The notes beneath the pieces are model-generated. The model was given only the letters and a program-made list of their open reading frames with translations, ran no database searches and was not told the origin of the DNA. This document shows positions 12,426 through 24,658 of a DNA stretch of 64,000 bases, piece by piece (within the stretch, counting starts at the first letter, position 1; every line of letters starts with the position of its first letter). Origin of the DNA: Lingula anatina (taxonomy: Eukaryota > Animalia > Brachiopoda); the NCBI GenBank assembly GCA_051362555.1, contig CM120640.1, forward strand, positions 32,941,967-33,005,966. The letters are read 5' to 3'. The translations under genes and the position numbers were made by a program.

Positions 12426-13407
12426 TGTGTGACCTAAAAAGGTAAAATAAAACAAAGGTAAGAAGACCTGTACAAATATAAGGCTACTAAAGAAATAAAA
12501 AGAAATTTCTCTAAATAAACTTACAATTTTCTTAAACCAAACTTGTACCTCAATGTTTTTTCAGTGAACTTTTCCTTTTTTTTTCTCCTAGCACCTTTGG
12601 TCAGGATTAACCCAGACAGTATGACTCTAGTAAGTGGAACTGATACTTACACCTTTAACCAGACATCTTATAACTGATAACCTAACTTTCTACACTTATC
12701 ACAAACCTTTTTATACAAATAATTCATATTATTGACCTATGTACCTAACAGACCCAACCTCACAATATTTGATGACATAATGACAAATTTCTTGGAAATC
12801 TTGACACCTACTGTGTAAAATGAAAGTAAAAATAAATTAAATGGCAAAGGGCATAAAACAGGACTTGGGCATTCAAAATAGAATCAGTAAGTTTTCCAAG
12901 CTTCACTGTGGATTTTCTATTACTAAATGACAAAACTATTATCATGATAACATGTGAGACTATGTGAGACAGCATACAATGGTCAAAAAGAATATTGAAC
13001 AAAGAATAAACCTTTATAAATACAATTAGTTGTAACATTACACAATGGACACAATGGAAACATGACTCAAAGCATTCAATAACAAATGTTGATTTTCCTC
13101 CTACACTTTTATAGCATATGCATATTACTCAGTTCAACCCACATCTAAATCTCTACACTGATAAAAAAAAACATACATTGATAATTAATATTTCCTGTTA
13201 AGATAAATAATCAATCACTTTAAACTGCATTTCATTACTGGTTATAATGAGTATGAATCCCTGTCATATTTCAACATATAATAAATAGCAACTGACCTAA
13301 ATCACCTTTGTTTTGGGATGTTTCATTTTTTTTAACTACCTTATAGCACTGCATTTCAATATTTATACATTTATGGATCAACTTGTTTAATTTTAAACAC
13401 ATGATAT

Positions 13408-13731
13408 TAGACATGCTGAAAACTTTTTAAGAATGGCCGGACATTTGGACCGGCAGTTATGAAAAATTTGCCCGACTTAATGGATTTTTGCCAGACCGTA
13501 AATCACCCTATTTGTTTGAGACAGATACTAATATTAGGTAGCTCACTTTGTTTTTGAATGTGGGATTTATACAATTTTATTCTTGAAGTACATTGAACAA
13601 TGACTGTAAATTCAAAATGGCGCCTCTTAAAACTCTTGTCGGTCTTTTGGACCAACCAAGTCCAATTTTTTACCGGTCCAGAAAAACTTTGCTGGTCATG
13701 ACCGATTGAACCGACAGTTTCAGCATGTCTG
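13408..13731. mobile_element. MITE (hAT-like termini) in the 5' intron of the Bcl-G-like gene
   Basis: Terminal inverted repeats (T/C)AGACATGCTGAAA(A)CT ... AGTTTCAGCATGTCTG, with the direct repeat TGATAT(TA) on both flanks as a probable target-site duplication. Confidence 0.7.
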
Positions 13732-13816
13732 TGATATTAGCAAAAATGCTATATTAATTAAAGCAGCTTCCAATCATCCAATCAATAAAAAAAATTATAA
13801 AAAAATATATATATAC

Positions 13817-13986
13817 TGGGGTAGCACTAGCAATTTTTTTTTCATTTAGCCAAATCATCACTTTTTTGTCAATTTGTTATCCAAATGGTGTTAATTTGAC
13901 TAAAATGAGTCGAATCAAGCCCTTTTTGTTTAGCCAATTTAAGTCAATTTTAGCATTTGGCTAAATTGGCGAGTGTTTACACTACC

Positions 13987-13989
<3 letters not shown>
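13817..13989. mobile_element. Short foldback MITE in TA-rich DNA
   Basis: Ends TGGGGTAG...CTACCCCA with internal inverted TTTAGCCAAAT/ATTTGGCTAAA. It is flanked by TA runs, and a related end sequence occurs at ~29106-29166. Confidence 0.55.

Positions 13990-14043
<54 letters not shown>
13990..14043. repeat. (TA)n microsatellite
   Basis: Uninterrupted AT dinucleotide run. Others occur at ~17780-17811 and ~51793-51856. Confidence 0.95.
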
Positions 14044-14046
<3 letters not shown>

Positions 14047-15029
14047 TTTTTCATCTTTTTCTTTTGGTCCACTGAAACATACTGATATCTGTCTCAATTA
14101 AGAAATTATGTAAGACATCTTTATTTTAGTTTTGTCTTTCTAACAGCTTTTCATGTTTCAATGTGCTGAATGAGAGAAAGTGAAAAAAAGTAAGTCCAAC
14201 TTACAGATATGTGTCATTCTCTTTAAAAATCTTAGTAAAATTGAGTCAAATGTTGTCTTATAGTTTCCAGCAAAATTATTTTTTAGTTAAATTAAAGTAC
14301 TGTACATTAAAGTACTGTATTAAAATATATCAAACAAAATTAGATGATTAATTTATAGAGAAAGTCTACAAAATGTCACAAACTTACTGTTATGTCTTTC
14401 CTTCAGTTTAAATCTGACTAAAATATTTAAGGAAACCAGCTATAAATACTAGTAAATGGAAGCTATTTATAACTACAAAAACTCCCCCTCAAGCAGTGAC
14501 AGCACCTGTATGTGACACAGAAAGTTGATGATGTCATCAATCTCTATGTGGACAATCACATGAATAGATGCTTAATTAGCCAGAAAAGTAATCTTCAGCT
14601 ATACTGATAAGTTGATAACTCATTATATTGCTTTGAATAATCAGAAAATTTTAGGTTGGCATCAAAATTCTTCTCAGGGCTCTTTTTTGTGAGAAAGTCT
14701 TAGTACAAATGACCAATAAAACTTTTCCCCCAAAGATATTTGAACTTGGAAACCATCATTAAGTCAGCTCCTAAAATACCATTCTTTTTCTCTTTAGACT
14801 GGTAAAAAGAGGTGTCGTACAGTATTACTATTAATTAGATTTTCACATAAAACTTGTCCACATATCAGACATGATAATACTTACACTTAAGATAAGATAG
14901 CATGGGTTACCAACTGCGCTAAATGAATATTTACCAGTACAAAAATGTCAAAAACCCGAAGATCCAGTGGCAGTAGACGTATCTGAGATAATATTTAGCG
15001 TTCCACTTACACTTTCAGTGGTCACATAC

Positions 15030-15370
15030 CTTGACGTGTTCTTTTCTCCCTGTTTCGTTAAGTAATATCACAGCTTTTCCTCTATTTGGTGTCTCTGTAG
15101 TTCGCATAAACGACAACACAAGTGTGTGACCTCAAAATGTTCTCAGGTGTAAGATGACTCAACACAGGAAGTGCTTCTTCACAAATACAACGGGAAATAT
15201 TTTATCCAATGAACGGCGTCAACATTTACACTGCAAGGCTTTTCTCGTGTGTGTTCACTTTTCCACGTTTAAACCTCGTTCTCGAGAATTTCGGATATGC
15301 GAAACTCTACATCTATTAGTAAAATTGTCCCTGAAAATGAGAACATGACCTAAAAAAACCACACGTAAAA
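15030..15370. promoter_or_regulatory. Bidirectional promoter shared by the Bcl-G-like gene (-, non-coding first exon ending at donor 15029) and MRPL23 (+)
   Basis: Locally CpG-rich. Minus-strand donor GTATGT at 15029; MRPL23 ATG at 15371. Motifs: AP-1 TGACTCA 15155-15161, ETS CAGGAAGTG ~15166, CCAAT ~15206, TTC-N4-GAA 15279-15288. Confidence 0.6.
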
Positions 15371-17776
15371 ATGGCACATTGGATGAAAAGGGCAGGCTCT
15401 ATGTAAGTTTGTATATTTTATAGAATGTGATACACAGGATAAAACCATGTAGGTGCAGCAGCAATCGGTAGCACTGCATCACACTTGCTTATTATGTCAG
15501 TAAGATGCACGTAACTGTGAGTGTTACAATTATATATCTTGATTACTCCCGAATCCTACCAAGATTAGTTAGTTACATTAAGTCTAGCTGTTCCTAACAA
15601 CTATTTATAAGATTGGATACACGTATATTGCAAATGCAATAATATCCATGACATGTTCAGGGTTGGCAGAAGGACTTGTGTTAAGGTAAATGCCCCGATA
15701 GAAAGTTATGTTTGGGTCGCTTCTTCATGTAATATCGATTGCCCCCTGTTTGACATCTACTGGGGCGCATCTACTGTACTGGTAAAAAGCACACTTCAGT
15801 GATCCATACAGAGTGCAACATACAGGTCAAAGCAACTAATTTGAAATATTGACCCTGAGTGTCTTTGGCAATGTTTTCTCATACAGGCATGACATGGCAA
15901 TAAACACATGATGGTAAACATAAATAATAAGTCGTTTCCAGGGGACTTTTTTATTCAAAATTGTATTCATTGTTATGATTCCTGTTCATGCTTCTCATTT
16001 CAGACTTCCATTTTGGAAAAGAACAATTCCGCCATTCCCTGTCTACTGGAAAGGAGATCCGAAGAACAGAGTATTTCTACCTACCTTTTGGATGAAATTA
16101 GTAAAACCAGACCGTGAAATGCCCCCAGACTATTTGCAATTTATAGTACATAAACAGTAGGTTTCACAGTAGCTTTTGAATCCCATATGATGGAATATGG
16201 GATAAAATGTGTTTATGTGATGGTCAGCATTAAAATTCAGGCATAGCTGAAATCTGCCAAGTTTGATTAACGTAAGGGATTTTGTTTAAATGAGAAAACT
16301 TTGTATTAAGCAAAGAACTTAATTTTTACCCTGGCATGTAATAAATTTTCATTTGGTTCTAAAGTTGTTTAAGACTGTTCATTTGGACTCTCTTCTGGGC
16401 TAATTTTATTGTACCACCAGCGTAGGCGCTGGCAGTACACATGGTTTTAGTCCTGTTCTGCCGGCTCCGCCGCCATGTCACCGTTACTGCTTCTCCTCCT
16501 AGATTACAAGGGCCTGGGTACCCATCTCTTCGATTTAGGTCACCTATAATCTTAACTCGTTCCACTTAAAATTTGGGCTTCGTCGGTGCTGGGGTCTAGG
16601 TGTGGCACTCATTGCAATGCACCTTTGTCCAAAATTGGCAAAATTAAATGCTAATTATCTACCATACCAAAGGAATTAAGGGAAAAATTTCTACAGACGG
16701 CTGACCGGAAGGCATATGTGGAGATTTCAAGTATGCCCTTGGATTTGACCTTTGACCTTTATTTCAAGGTCAAACTGACCAAAATTTTCAAAAAAACAAT
16801 TTTTTATGGAAAATTCATTCATTTGCGCTGATATTCAGATACTACATAGACCTAACCAATAATATTATTGTCAGGTCATCTTTCCTCTCTGTGAGGTTGG
16901 GGTCAATCAGTGCATTTTCACAGGAGTAGCGGCCATAAGTTACCGAAACTGAAAACTCTCTAATTCAGGAAAAGCATGTCAAGCCCAACACTGAGGTGGT
17001 CTCCGTTTTTTGTGTTCCATACGGTTTATGAGTTATGCTGTATCAAAAAGTACATTGTGGTGGTGAAAGTTAAATGTGCAATACGGTAATATGCATAAAA
17101 TTTTGAACATATAGAAAAGATAACATAAGGCTTGGCAAGGCAGACAACTTCTGGTCAAAAATGACATTTTTTCATGAAATTTGAACATCTGATCACCTCC
17201 CATTTCAAGAATCTCAAACAAAATGATCCTTCTTTATTTGAATTAATTTATTCTGTAGGAATTTTATGGCACATTATTGTAACTCCAAAATTGTAACATT
17301 TAGTCCCTTATATCTCCAAAACTGGCAGAGATAGGTCCATAGTTACTATTGAAGTTAAATGCTAAGTCATACACTGGTTATCTAACTGTGACCTTGAAAT
17401 TGACCTTTGACCTACTTTTCATGATGAACTGCACTTTGCATGTTTTCTGGCCTTTAAATCTGCAAAATTGGCAAAGAAATGCCCATGGTTACTATAGAAC
17501 TTGAATAGGAAGTCATATACTGTGACATTGAAAATGACCTTTGACCTACTTTTTCACCATGAACTGAACTTTGCATATTTTCTTGCCCCTCATATCTTCA
17601 AAACCAGCTGAGATATGCCGAGTTGCCCCTAGGTTTTCTCTTTGTGAGCATATATGCAACACTGACAACACATTTCAAGAAAAACCAATAGGCCTTTTGT
17701 CTAGAAAATCACATGAGTGATCAATGTTTAGAAAATACAGGTCAATTTGAAAATCTGCTTCATTGTACCATTTAAA

Positions 17777-17814
<38 letters not shown>

Positions 17815-19633
17815 ACATTTTTCTGCAAATTTTTAGAACTGTTGTTGATTGTATTTTATAGAGCTTGTCAAGCACAAGACTGGTGGTGGTGTCCCTTTTT
17901 TGGGGGGTCAATATGAATGTGCTTACTCCAACTGGTGGTACAACATCCGGAGGCAGTATGGCCTCTCTGATCCTCTAGTTTCTGTCTGGATTTCAGACTT
18001 GACTGTGACATTTTCATAACATGAAGAAATGACCACACTTGACCATCCTGTTGCAAATTAACAAATGACTCGAGTATGTTCAAAGTGTAAGCACTTTCAC
18101 TAAAATTGTTTGACAGTCGTAAGGTTTATCTAGGAATATGATTGAACTTTTGAATGGCCTTTCTTTTCTAGAATGAGCACCCATGATGTGAAAAATTACT
18201 TGGAAAAGATATATGAGGTACCAGTTCTTAGGGTCAGAACAGAAATAAGAAGAGGTATGTGTGATATATATAAACCGAACTTTAAAAAAAAAACTTGCTT
18301 AAGTGTCTGTATAGTGTCTGGAGATAAAAAATTTAGTCATTTCAAATGTCACTGTTCAATAATATATAAGTGATTTGACTTCTCATTTACCAGATGATTG
18401 TGATATATGAACCATTTCATATTTCTATATTTAAGGTATACCATTTACTAAGGAAATGTGGCTTAAATATGTTCGGAATCCAGGTTATCCAATTCATCAG
18501 CGGTTTCCACGCGATGCTGAGCGAGAAATGTCAGGGGTTATCAACTTTACAGATGAATTTAAAGTAGCCTATGTGCAAGTGGTAAGAACTTAATTTGAGC
18601 ATTTGTATGCTATTTGCTTTTATTGATGTAAATTGAGTATTATGCATGTGTAAGTTGTGAATATTGGAAATATTTATTTTTGAAGTTGATTATTAGTACC
18701 ACTAGCGTGTACGCTGGCAGTACTTATGGTTTTAGTACCGATCCATCTCAGCTCTGCCGCATGGGATACAAATCTCCTTTACTGCTTCTCCTCCTAGACC
18801 ACAAGGACCTGTGTCCCCATCTCTTGGATTTAGGTCACATATGATTTCAACTTGAACCCTCTGTTTTTTTGTCTTAGTCAGTGCATTGGACTGACCGTGA
18901 TGCTCGTTGAAATGCACCCTTGTCAAAAATTTTGAAAATTCAATGCTAAATATCTCCCAAGCCAAAGGAAACATGGGAAAAATTGTTATAGAAGTCTAAC
19001 TGAAAGTCATATGTGGAGATTACAAATATGCCCCTGGATTTGACTTTTGACCTCTGTTTCAAGGTCAAACTGGCCAAAATTTTCTAAAAATGGGAATTTT
19101 CGGCCAAAAAATGTTTGTGCCAATTCTCAGAAATTACACAGACCTTAGCTCTCATATTATAGTGAAAGGTTACAATTAGGGACTCCTTTCATCTTTGGGA
19201 GTTTGGGGTCAATCGGTGCATTTTCAAGGGAGAAGGAGCCATGAGATACCAAAACAGAAAACTCTCTCTTATTCTAGAACCGTAAATGCTAGAGGCCTTT
19301 TGTTTTTTGTTTTGTAGAGCTTGTCAAGCGCAATACTTTTTTTTTTTTTTTTTGTCTTAACTGCACCATGTCTCTGTATATAAAATATTTATTGTAATTC
19401 TTATATTTTCTTGCAACTTCACAAATGTTTCAATTTATTTATATATAATCTGGTAATTGTATTATTTGGTTCATTTGCAGCCTGAGGAAGTGAAATTTAC
19501 TTGGCCGGATATTTTTAAAGAAAATAAACCACTTATGGAAAAGGCTTTGGAAGAAAGGAAGAAATTTTCAAAAGAACAAAAGCGTTTGGAAAAATCCAAA
19601 GGCAGTAAAGACTTGCCAGCATGGTTTAGGTGA
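15371..19633 (+). CDS. MRPL23: Mitochondrial ribosomal protein L23 (uL23m)
   Basis: Exons 15371-15402, 16004-16156, 18172-18254, 18436-18581, 19481-19633 are in frame. Motifs PVYWKGDPKNRVFLPTFWMKLV, MSTHDVKNYLEKIYEVPVLRVRT, DEFKVAYVQ, FTWPDIF and LPAWFR* parallel MRPL23. Confidence 0.93.
16406..17978 (+). mobile_element. Helitron/Helentron-like element, copy 2 (interrupted), MRPL23 intron 2
   Basis: Starts TTATTGTACCACCAGCGTAGGCGCTGGCAGTAC and shares TTGACCTTTGACC blocks and the 16976-17053 block with copy 1. Ends with hairpin GAGGCAGTATGGCCTC + TCTGATCCT-CTAG|T. Confidence 0.65.
18690..19335 (+). mobile_element. Helitron/Helentron-like element, copy 3 (3'-truncated), MRPL23 intron 4
   Basis: 5' end TTATTAGTACCACTAGCGTGTACGCTGGCAGTAC; colinear reverse-complement similarity to ~6180-6875. 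Confidence 0.7.
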
Positions 19634-20313
19634 AATCTGTTCTGTCAACAACTGATGAAGAACCGTCAATACTCATCTGATTTTCAAGACCAAAAGTTCT
19701 CAGTACATTGGTATGGAAATAATGGGAAATTTAACATTTTAAGGGCCCACTTGATATGACATCTGGTTTAATGTAGAAGAAAAAACAGATATCATACCAG
19801 AAGAAAACTATTACTTTTAGAGAGATCGTGGTTTAAAACTGAAAAGGTGATAACTGCATTTGCATGGGAGAGACGTTTTATAGCACATCATTGCTGGTAA
19901 CAATCTGTAGTGTTTACCCTAGGTTCTAGATTCCGGTATTGTCAGCTCGATCTTGATTTCTTATATAACCCATATCAACAATACCGGCTCTAGTGAACAG
20001 CGGCCATGTTACACTTCCGTCAATCAAATAGAACTGCTCCGCAGTGAATCTGCAGTTGATTGTCATCAGACCAAAATGAAACGTAAAACAGATTTAATTC
20101 TGCTTTATTTAATTTTATTTGCTGTATTTAAGATGTAAAGTGAAAAAATAAATAATATTATTCGAAAAGAAAAGATATATCCAATGTTTTTGTATTTTTT
20201 GCTTATCAAAGAACATTTAGTCCTGAGATGTACACGTGCGCAATACACGTGCTTGTCGTGTGCCAAATTTGACAGCTTCACTGTATGCCCGATACCACTA
20301 TAAGGGCTGCGCA

Positions 20314-20442
20314 ATGGCTACACCAAAATCAGTTTTTAAAGCAGAATGTTGCTTCTATTGTGGCACTGACCTTCGACTGCAAGATATTTTCAATTCAAAC
20401 TTCGTCAGGCACTTTGCTTCTTGTCTCGTCTGCACGAGATAA
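20314..20442 (+). CDS. Candidate 42-aa C2HC (UBZ-like) zinc-finger microprotein
   Basis: MATPKSVFKAECCFYCGTDLRLQDIFNSNFVRHFASCLVCTR*, with strong Kozak GCAATGG and C-x2-C...H-x3-C spacing. It lies in a CpG-rich island with AATAAA at ~21015. Confidence 0.3.
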   Translation: MATPKSVFKAECCFYCGTDLRLQDIFNSNFVRHFASCLVCTR

Positions 20443-21352
20443 CTTCAGTGCAAGGCGGGAAAGGCAGCTCCAGGCGGTAAAACCTGTGACGTACGAGACT
20501 TATGACTTCCAAATATGGATCCAGGCGGACACAGCTGTGACGTGTGACTTCCAAATATGGAAGTGCCCCAGGCAAAATTTTGAAGAAGAACGCCCTCAGA
20601 TTGTCGCTGTTCGTCAGAGCTAGTAAAAGCGACTCCATCACAAGGTATATTTAAGCTAGTTAGCTTTTACGTTGCTCTGACACTCAGGGTAGTAGTGTTC
20701 AGCGTAGACACAAAAAAAATTGACAAGTAGACTTAGTGGATGGTAATGCGCAGAAGTGCTGTTAGAAAGTATTTGGAAATTTGACAAGCTGGACTGTCCA
20801 GGCAGGGGAAAATTTAATCTGTCGACTACATTGTTCATTGCAGTCAAAAAAAGGTGAAGACCTATCATTTTCCATTATATTACATTATGAAAACATTTTT
20901 CATTTGGATATTGTTCAGTGATGTTCATCTCTGGCAAGTTTTCAAACTGAGAGCAGCCTTTCATTTGTTTTGATGAAATCAAAACATTCATGTACGATTT
21001 TATATATAATATGAAATAAAAATCATCAGTGAGTTAAAGACAAGTTGTTTATTTTATTTCCCTTAAAAAAGATTTTTAAGTGAAATAGTTAATAATATTT
21101 AAATTAAAATTAACCACTTTCTCTTTTGGTTTGTCAAAATGTCTATACCATTTGGCTCTGCATATTTTTCATAATTTTATTAATGTCTCTTGATGCACTT
21201 GGTTGTAAATAGTATTTCCACATGATATACTTTGCAAGATTTTTTCATGACATTGTCTATGCCTTGCAACAATTACTTGAAGGCTGATATGAATGACACT
21301 AAATGTTCTGAAGAAATTAAAATATTTTTCTTGTACTTATAGCCTAGTATCA

Positions 21353-24300
21353 TCATGTGGAATGTATCACCCAAAATTTCAGTTGTCTATCAACCCCGGC
21401 CACCAGTATCGGCATTCTAAAATGCCACGACAAACCATAGGAAACTGGACAGGTCACATTTAATAGCACCTGTAAAATAAATATCCCCTATTATGAATAA
21501 AGAAAGAGAAACCCTAGGAGAACATCTGATACAATGTCTAAAGTATCTGAAAATATTTTCTCCATTAACCATCATCTTTTCATTGCACTTAAAGAAATTT
21601 GACAGAAAATGCATATTCTCATTAGATGCTGGTTGGCCTGTGAACGATTCCAAGTGAGAATCATTGACAGATCAACCAACATGACGACCTGTGGATGTTC
21701 AGCCTGATGATGCTCTTGTGACAAGACCTCTTTCAAATATAATTCATGCTCCAAAGTAAGTGATAATCATCATTAAGACATTACTTAAATAAATGTTCAA
21801 TTAACAAATTAAAAACAGTAATTTTCTTTGAGCTCTTGCATTGAAGTTAATCTATCAACTTACCTGGTTGAACTTTGTATTTAATACTTTGATTTGCCCT
21901 TGTGGTGCTCCAACTGTTGCTACAATGTTTGGATTGCTTTTACACCATAGTGCTTGTTTGCCTCCCTCACTGAAAATGGGTTTCTTTTCAACAGGAAGGC
22001 TGGAAAGCAAACACTAAACATTTTTACATGTGAACTGTTTAGTTTTCAAACCATTGCTTCCAGTGTTGTCAAATATCACAACTCCTATATAACATTGATA
22101 TGAGGAACTTTACCTTGATCTCGATGTATCGAAAATAAGAAGGTCCCCTGCTCCCATCACGGCCACTTTGAGAGCATCCCCCAGGCACCAGTCCGCAGAC
22201 CTCAGAGGTTTACTTGTGCAGTCTAATGATAAAAGAGGCTGCTGGCTTAGTAAGTTGTAGAAACGTATGGTGCCATTCTTTTCTCCCACCATTATCTGAA
22301 AATGAAATCCAGGGTACTTATTTTGAATATTTCTTTACAATAATATTTACATGGTAAAAAAAGAAAAATTCCCAAGTTTTATACTAATAGCCAATTATTT
22401 TTATAAAACAGTAACTTAATGACAGCTTATTGAAAACATTTGGAACAATCCATTTTTCTAAAATCAAAAATCAAGTATTAAACATGATGCATGTATATTT
22501 CCATTTACAACTCTAATACCACTTCTCGTAACAGTGCATACTTTCAAAGAGTCCATTGGATGCCACTTAATACTCATTCCCGCTGAACCAAGAGGGAAAG
22601 AAGCCTTCTGTACCCCGCTCAAGTCCCATACTCTACAAGTGTGGTCATCACTAACACTGGCCAACTGGTCACCCTTCTCTGGCTCAAATACAACATCATT
22701 CACATAGTCTGTGTGTCCTTCCAGTAGCTGAATATAAAAAATTATCACATGAAAATGACACAAAAAAGATTATGGAAGAGAGACTGACTACAAATTTTAA
22801 AAAAATAATAACAATAATGCATCCATGTATACCTGATAGTGACTTTCCTCTTCTGCTTAAAGCTCCACCAAAATATGACACACTTCTTGATTTAAAGAAA
22901 AAAACTGTGCCAAGGAAATTCAAGAAAACACGAAATAAGAATATTGCTTTTATATCACAACGTAAAGGTACTGCACGTAGAGCTGTTTAGAATACCTGTA
23001 CAGCATCTTCATTTTTTAGGTCAGACTTGAAAAGACGCAATATCCTGTCCCCTCCTGCTGTCACCAACCTACAACAAAGTAGGACAAAATAGAACAACTT
23101 TTCCTTTGCGCTCAGAGGCAGAATATCTTAAATAAAGTGTGAATCTGGTTTGCTTTTCTGTGATGCATACTAGTAACTCTTTGCTCATAAGGCCACACTT
23201 TTTTATTTTTATGGATGACATCCTGCGCGCGCACCGATTTTCGCCCGTTCTCCAAATAAAAAAAAAAAAAAAATCCCCCCCCCAGCCCCAACGAAGTCGG
23301 TTGTCGCAAACGTTGTCATTGAATTTGCCAGGAAATAACCTTTCTGCGCATGCGTATTATCGCCACGTGGAAATGCGGCCGCTTTGCCGTCAAATTCATC
23401 TCTAGGATTACTTTCAAATTACACAGCAATAAAAGTCATAAAGATAACGGGCGCCGTCGTTTTGGATTGGTATGCCATGATATTGGGCATGGAGATATCA
23501 CCTTTGTACAATTGTGCGAAAGGCTGGCGGCGGCCAGCAATTATCGCCCGAAAAATTTCTGTGACATTCTGTACAAAGTAGCACATTAATACCAGGTTTT
23601 CTGTAGCGAAAAAAGGGTCGACAAGGGCGTCGAGGTATTCGGTGGGCTGAAGGTCGGACAGGCCACCTGACAGTTTGGTTGCTTCGTGTGAGTTGAAGTA
23701 GACAAAATGGCATCGTCCGAAATGACCTTTAATAGATTTGGTAGTATTAAGCATATCTTTGCATCATTTTTTAAACATTTCTACGAAGTATTCACAATGC
23801 TTTAATATTTTGAGAGCATGGATAAAGACATATTGTTAGTTTGATACGTGTTTCTGTGGTAAAATTTGTTTCCAGCTGTGTACTGACAGCATTCCTTTAC
23901 TTAAGCAGTATTTTTTTTTTTTGGACTGTTTTTTTTTTTTTTTCGCCCTCTCGCACCGATTTTGGGGTACCCAGAGGATATCATCCATAAAAATAAAAAA
24001 GTGTGGCCTAAATAGAGTGCAGATCATACAACTGAGAAATGGCAAATAAACGAAAATATCTGTAACACTTAAAGCAGTGTATGCTGTGTTTACAATTTAT
24101 TGCACTTAAATAATTATTTAATACAAACATATCAGCCACACTGACTATTAATACCTCAAAATTCTGGGAATAATCGCTAGTGCTGTCTGTGGACTCCACG
24201 CTATTGCTGTTACTCTTGGCCCATGATGAAAATCTCTCAACTGCTCAAATTGCAACCCATCCACCTCTTTATCTTCTTCCTAAATAATAAATAATACAGA

Positions 24301-24658
24301 TGCAGTTGTTAAAATATAGCATATTAGTCTTATTTAAACTGCGTCACCAGAATGCTAAAATGGAATCCAAACACATACATGACTCCCAGGAGTTTCTGAC
24401 TCAATATTAGTTTAACGAAATCAAATAAATTTAGCACTGGGAAAACAAAGGGAAATACACATACTGCAGTAGGTTGCTGTCCACAATAAGACCGACTGGT
24501 GGAGGACTAACCTGAAATCTGCAAGAACCCACGATGACTCTTGACGTCGTGCCTACAGCTAATAAGTTGCTTGACCATTCGAATGGAGAAAATTCTACCA
24601 CTTGGACAATGTCTTTAATTTCTAGAAAGTAATCGCTGCCCTGGTGATTCTCTATCAT
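21353..24658 (-). CDS. NUP37: Nucleoporin Nup37 (WD40 beta-propeller)
   Basis: Exons 24658-24512, 24279-24155, 23068-22996, 22727-22542, 22295-22114, 21999-21864, 21469-21353. Motifs VQVVEFSPFE, FHHGPRVTAIAWSPQT, LEGHTDYVNDVVFEP, SVSDDHTCRVW, EKNGTIRFY and GLSWH...LKFWV match NUP37. Confidence 0.95.
21626..21682 (-). ncRNA. Pre-miRNA-like hairpin in the last NUP37 intron (candidate)
   Basis: 57-nt stem-loop with 23 of 25 positions paired in the NUP37 sense orientation, including three G-U pairs. Confidence 0.4.
23191..24008. mobile_element. PIF/Harbinger-type MITE in NUP37 intron 2
   Basis: Perfect ~28-bp TIR GGCCACACTTTTTTATTTTTATGGATGA at both ends, a TAA target-site duplication on both flanks and a CpG-rich non-coding interior. 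Confidence 0.85.

Noticed and set aside
20330-20650. Possible Pol III structural RNA (RNase P/MRP, 7SK, telomerase RNA) downstream of TATAAG 20299
   Set aside because: No diagnostic P4, 7SK 5' or telomeric template motifs, and an early T-run would terminate Pol III.
21700-21780. Possible C/D snoRNA in the NUP37 intron (minus-strand ATGATGA ... CTGA)
   Set aside because: Weak terminal stem and no rRNA/snRNA complementarity that I could recognise.
23112-24045. Cluster of overlapping GC-rich ORFs in NUP37 intron 2
   Set aside because: Interior of the Harbinger-type MITE; no transposase motifs.
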